Source of the DNA: Raillietiella orientalis
Lineage: Eukaryota
Reading direction: 5' to 3'
DNA length: 64,000 bases
Assembly: GCA_036172245.1 (NCBI GenBank)
Contig: JAYWIR010000027.1
Location: forward strand, 682,001 to 746,000
Each line of letters opens with the position of its first letter. Position 1 is the stretch's first letter. Below, one piece after another: positions 61,085 to 64,000 of this stretch. Position numbers and translations under genes: made by a program. Below the pieces are notes generated by a model. That model was not told the DNA's origin. It saw only the letters and a program-made list of their open reading frames with translations, and did not search any database.

Positions 61085-62438
61085 TTAGACGAAGGGCAGG
61101 TTCTTCTTCCGGAAGGGGGCCAGGTACTGGGAGTTCTTGTCAGAGGGGTCGTTGCCCACGTTGGCCACGAGGCATCCTGTGGCCAGTTCGACGGCCCGGT
61201 GGGTGGTGTGAAACGCGAGCCAGGACCAGGGGTCGGCGTTGGCGCGGGAGGAGGAACGGACGCAGGTCCCCGCAGAGGCGGTGGTGGGAGCGTCCGCAGG
61301 ACCGTAGGGTCCGAACGCCAGGAAGAGCTCGTAGGTGGCCAGTACGGCGCTGAGGATGGCGACGGCGACGGCCTTGCGCAGCAGCACCCTGACCTGGGCT
61401 CCGGTCGACTTGTACCTGGCTGCGGCGGCGCACACGCCACGCGCCCCGGAGTCGACGAAGGCGATCTGGTTGAGGACGGACCTCAGGGTCAGGCCATTGG
61501 CCGGGGGCGTCGACGGCAGAGGCGGCGGCCTTGCGTGGTGCCGGATCTCTACGCTCCTCCGTGACGGGGGCCTCTCGACCCGGGCCTTCTCCGCTCCAAC
61601 GGACCTGCGGCGGCCCTCCCCCGTCGCCGGCGCCGCCGCCGCGGGTGGCTCGTAGGACGCTCCCCTGGAGCTTCTCCTCCTCCCGTGGCCGTCGACCCTC
61701 CTCCTGGACTTTTGGCTGCGGATCGCTGCGGGGGCCGCTCGTCTCGCGGCCCCCTCCGCAGGGTCTTCGCTGGAGACGCCTTCGCTCTCGTCCCGTTCCG
61801 AGATGTCCTCCATAGCCTCCGTCTCCTCCTCCTCCTCCGCCCCGCTGCTGCCCCTGCGGGAGTCGTCCGGGAAGAGGGAGGTCACGCTGCCCAGTCTCCA
61901 CGATGATCTGACGGACGCCACGCTCGAGCTGCTCCACCGCCGGAGGCCCAACAAGGATGCGTCCATCGAGGGCCTCGCGAGCCCGCCTCCGCCGGCGCCG
62001 CCGCAGGAGACGCCATCTGGTGGGGACGGCCCGGCGGGTCGAGGCCTCGCCCCTACACCCTGCGCCCCCTCCTCACGGGAGGCGCCGTCCTACCCAGAGC
62101 GTCGCTGCCGCTACTGCAGAAGACCACCGTCCGCTCGTTCTCATCCGTGACCTTGATCTTCGGTCGGACCGGCTCCCCGGCCTTGAGCGCAGCGGACGCC
62201 ACGCTGTTGCAGTTGGACAGCAGACTGAGCGGCACCGGACCTGGCGGCACGCTCGGGAAGGGTCGGGCTAGGAGCGGGACAGTCTCCCGCGCCGCTGCTC
62301 ACCTGCCTGCAAGTTACTCCAGGGATGAAAGGTCGCGTCCTCTAGGCGGCTGCGCAGGGAGGCCGCAGTGTGGAAGAAGCAGCCGCAGAGGGTCAGGTCC
62401 CACAGGACGAAGACAACGCACACCAGCAGACGCAGCAC
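61085..62438 (-). CDS. 3' exons of a multi-pass membrane protein, PRRT3/PRRT4 (proline-rich transmembrane)-like; 5' part unresolved or beyond the window
   Basis: Phase-consistent exons 62438-62303, 62240-62094, 62016-61085 with GT-AG introns. Three hydrophobic segments (VLRLLVCVVFVLWDLTLCGCFF; AVAVAILSAVLATYELFLAFGPYG; PWSWLAFHTTHRAVELATGCLVANV), with a long S/R/E-rich loop after the first. Family assignment is from recalled similarity of the PWxWxAF...RxxEL segment. Confidence 0.65.
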
Positions 62439-64000
62439 CTGGGGAGGGACGCAGGGAGGGCTTGCGGCAGAGATGCGCGGAGGGGGTAGAGCGCGCGCGT
62501 CCCCAGGATGAGCGGCTGCCGGCAGGGGGCAGAATTCACGATAGGAGCGACCCCGCCTCTTGAGAGTCGAGCCAGAAAGTCCCGGAGCAACGGACAGGAA
62601 CAGGGGGAGGCAGAGAGTCCGAAACGGTGTAGTCGCGCCGCCCGATCCGGAGAGCGCGGAAGAGGGAGAGCGGCGCGAACCATCCGTTGCCCGGAGAAGA
62701 CCGACCTGCGGCAGCAATGGAGCCTCCGGGAAAGTCAAACGAAAGTGAAGCTGGCGAGTGTGGAGGGAGTGGGAGGAGGAAGTGGAGGCCGCTTGAGGGG
62801 AGGAAAGAAGGGGAGGGAAAGGATCGCGTGCTGGTCGGTGGGGCGGTTGCCGGGAGATCACGCGCGCTCCGCCATGCGAGCAGGAAACTTATAGATGAGG
62901 AGGGAGGGGGAAGAAGGGTGGCGGGAGGAGAGCCACACGCGAGAAGCAGGGGAGGAAGGAGGCACATTGCTCGCGTCTCCCCAGAGACGGGCGGGACATC
63001 GTCGCGTGAGACTCCTTGCCTCTGCCCCTCTCCCTGCTTCCGAGCGCGCTGTCCGCCTCGGCTGTTCCCCCCCCTCTTCCCTCAACCTCCTCGGAAATCC
63101 AGCACTACCAGAGAAAACGACGGGGGGACAGGTTCGTCGACCGCTCCTGCGAAGGAGAGCAAGGAAGAGGGCGCGCGCGTCCTCTCGCCACACCGAGCGT
63201 GAGCTGCCCGGGGCGGAGGGAGATGCGGTCACTTGCTCCTCCTTCGTTCCCAGAAGCAGCCGCGGGCGCCCAGGAAGACATCAGTGCCCTCGTGCTGCCT
63301 TTAATGGAATTTGCGAGCCGAGGAGGTAAGAATCTATCATCCGCGTCCTCTCGTAAGCGGCGTTGCTTCAGCACGAACAGGCATGAGTTCGGAGAAGGGG
63401 GAGGGGAGGAGGAGGAAGGAACGGCCTCGCTATAGGGAACGGAGATCCCGTGCTCCGAGATCCTCTCTGCCAGCGCCTTAGGGAAGGATGATCCTTTTGG
63501 GAGAGAGCACTTTCTCCCGAAGTTTCTCAACGCGGAAAAGGGAAGTGGCAGTGCGTGTATGGGGGAAGGGAAAGGGGGGGAAAGGCTCAGCGGCATGAGC
63601 GACGCATACTCTTGGGACGAGGGAGGCTGAGGAGGGACCTCTTCCGCTCGCCCGCTCTCTCTCTCGGGGAAGCATCCACCCGTCCAGCTTCTCCGAGCTC
63701 CGATGATGACGTTCGGGAATTCCAACCGACGAGCTTCCCTCTCGTAGGTTCCGCAACCCCTTTCTTCGACGGCGAGCTCCGCGGTTCTTTCCGACGGGAA
63801 GGAAAGCGGAACACGAAACGAGGACCTTACAGTGCTGAGCCAATTCGACGGGCACGGCGATGAGTGAATAACGGAAGCGGAGATGACGCGTCAACGATGG
63901 ACGCGGCGATGAAGGCAATCTCTTACGAGACGTGCGTGGCTGTTTATGCTTTAGGGGTCATGGCGCTTATGAAGGCAATCTCGGACTGGAAGTAGGGGGT

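Noticed and set aside
60608..61564. 318-aa plus-strand ORF and other overlapping frames
   Set aside because: Shadow of the GC-rich minus-strand membrane-protein exon.

Overview
Eukaryotic genomic DNA from an invertebrate animal. The 43-80 nt GT-AG introns and the retroelement complement would fit a basal (clade I) nematode, but that is inference. Four spliced genes can be reconstructed with consistent reading phases: BICRA/GLTSCR1-like (+, 19137-28377, 12 coding exons), a KDM4/JMJD2 histone demethylase (+, 38291-47109, JmjN+JmjC, no visible PHD/Tudor), TAF8 (+, 56251-57570) and the 3' part of a PRRT3/PRRT4-like multi-pass membrane protein (-, 61085-62438, 5' exons unresolved). Much of the remaining DNA reads as heavily decayed retroelements: roughly 20 fragments of an RLE-type (NeSL/Utopia-like) non-LTR retrotransposon, one Gypsy pol fossil and one BEL/Pao fossil. 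These were recognised by eye from ordered motif remnants, not by database search. The window is also divided into AT-rich, CpG-depleted blocks (BICRA, KDM4 5' end, TAF8) and GC/CpG-rich, retroelement-derived blocks. No tRNA, rRNA or CRISPR array was seen. I cannot support a wholly new system. The best leads are the dispersed fossils of a normally site-specific clade, their orientation bias, and the CpG domain structure.
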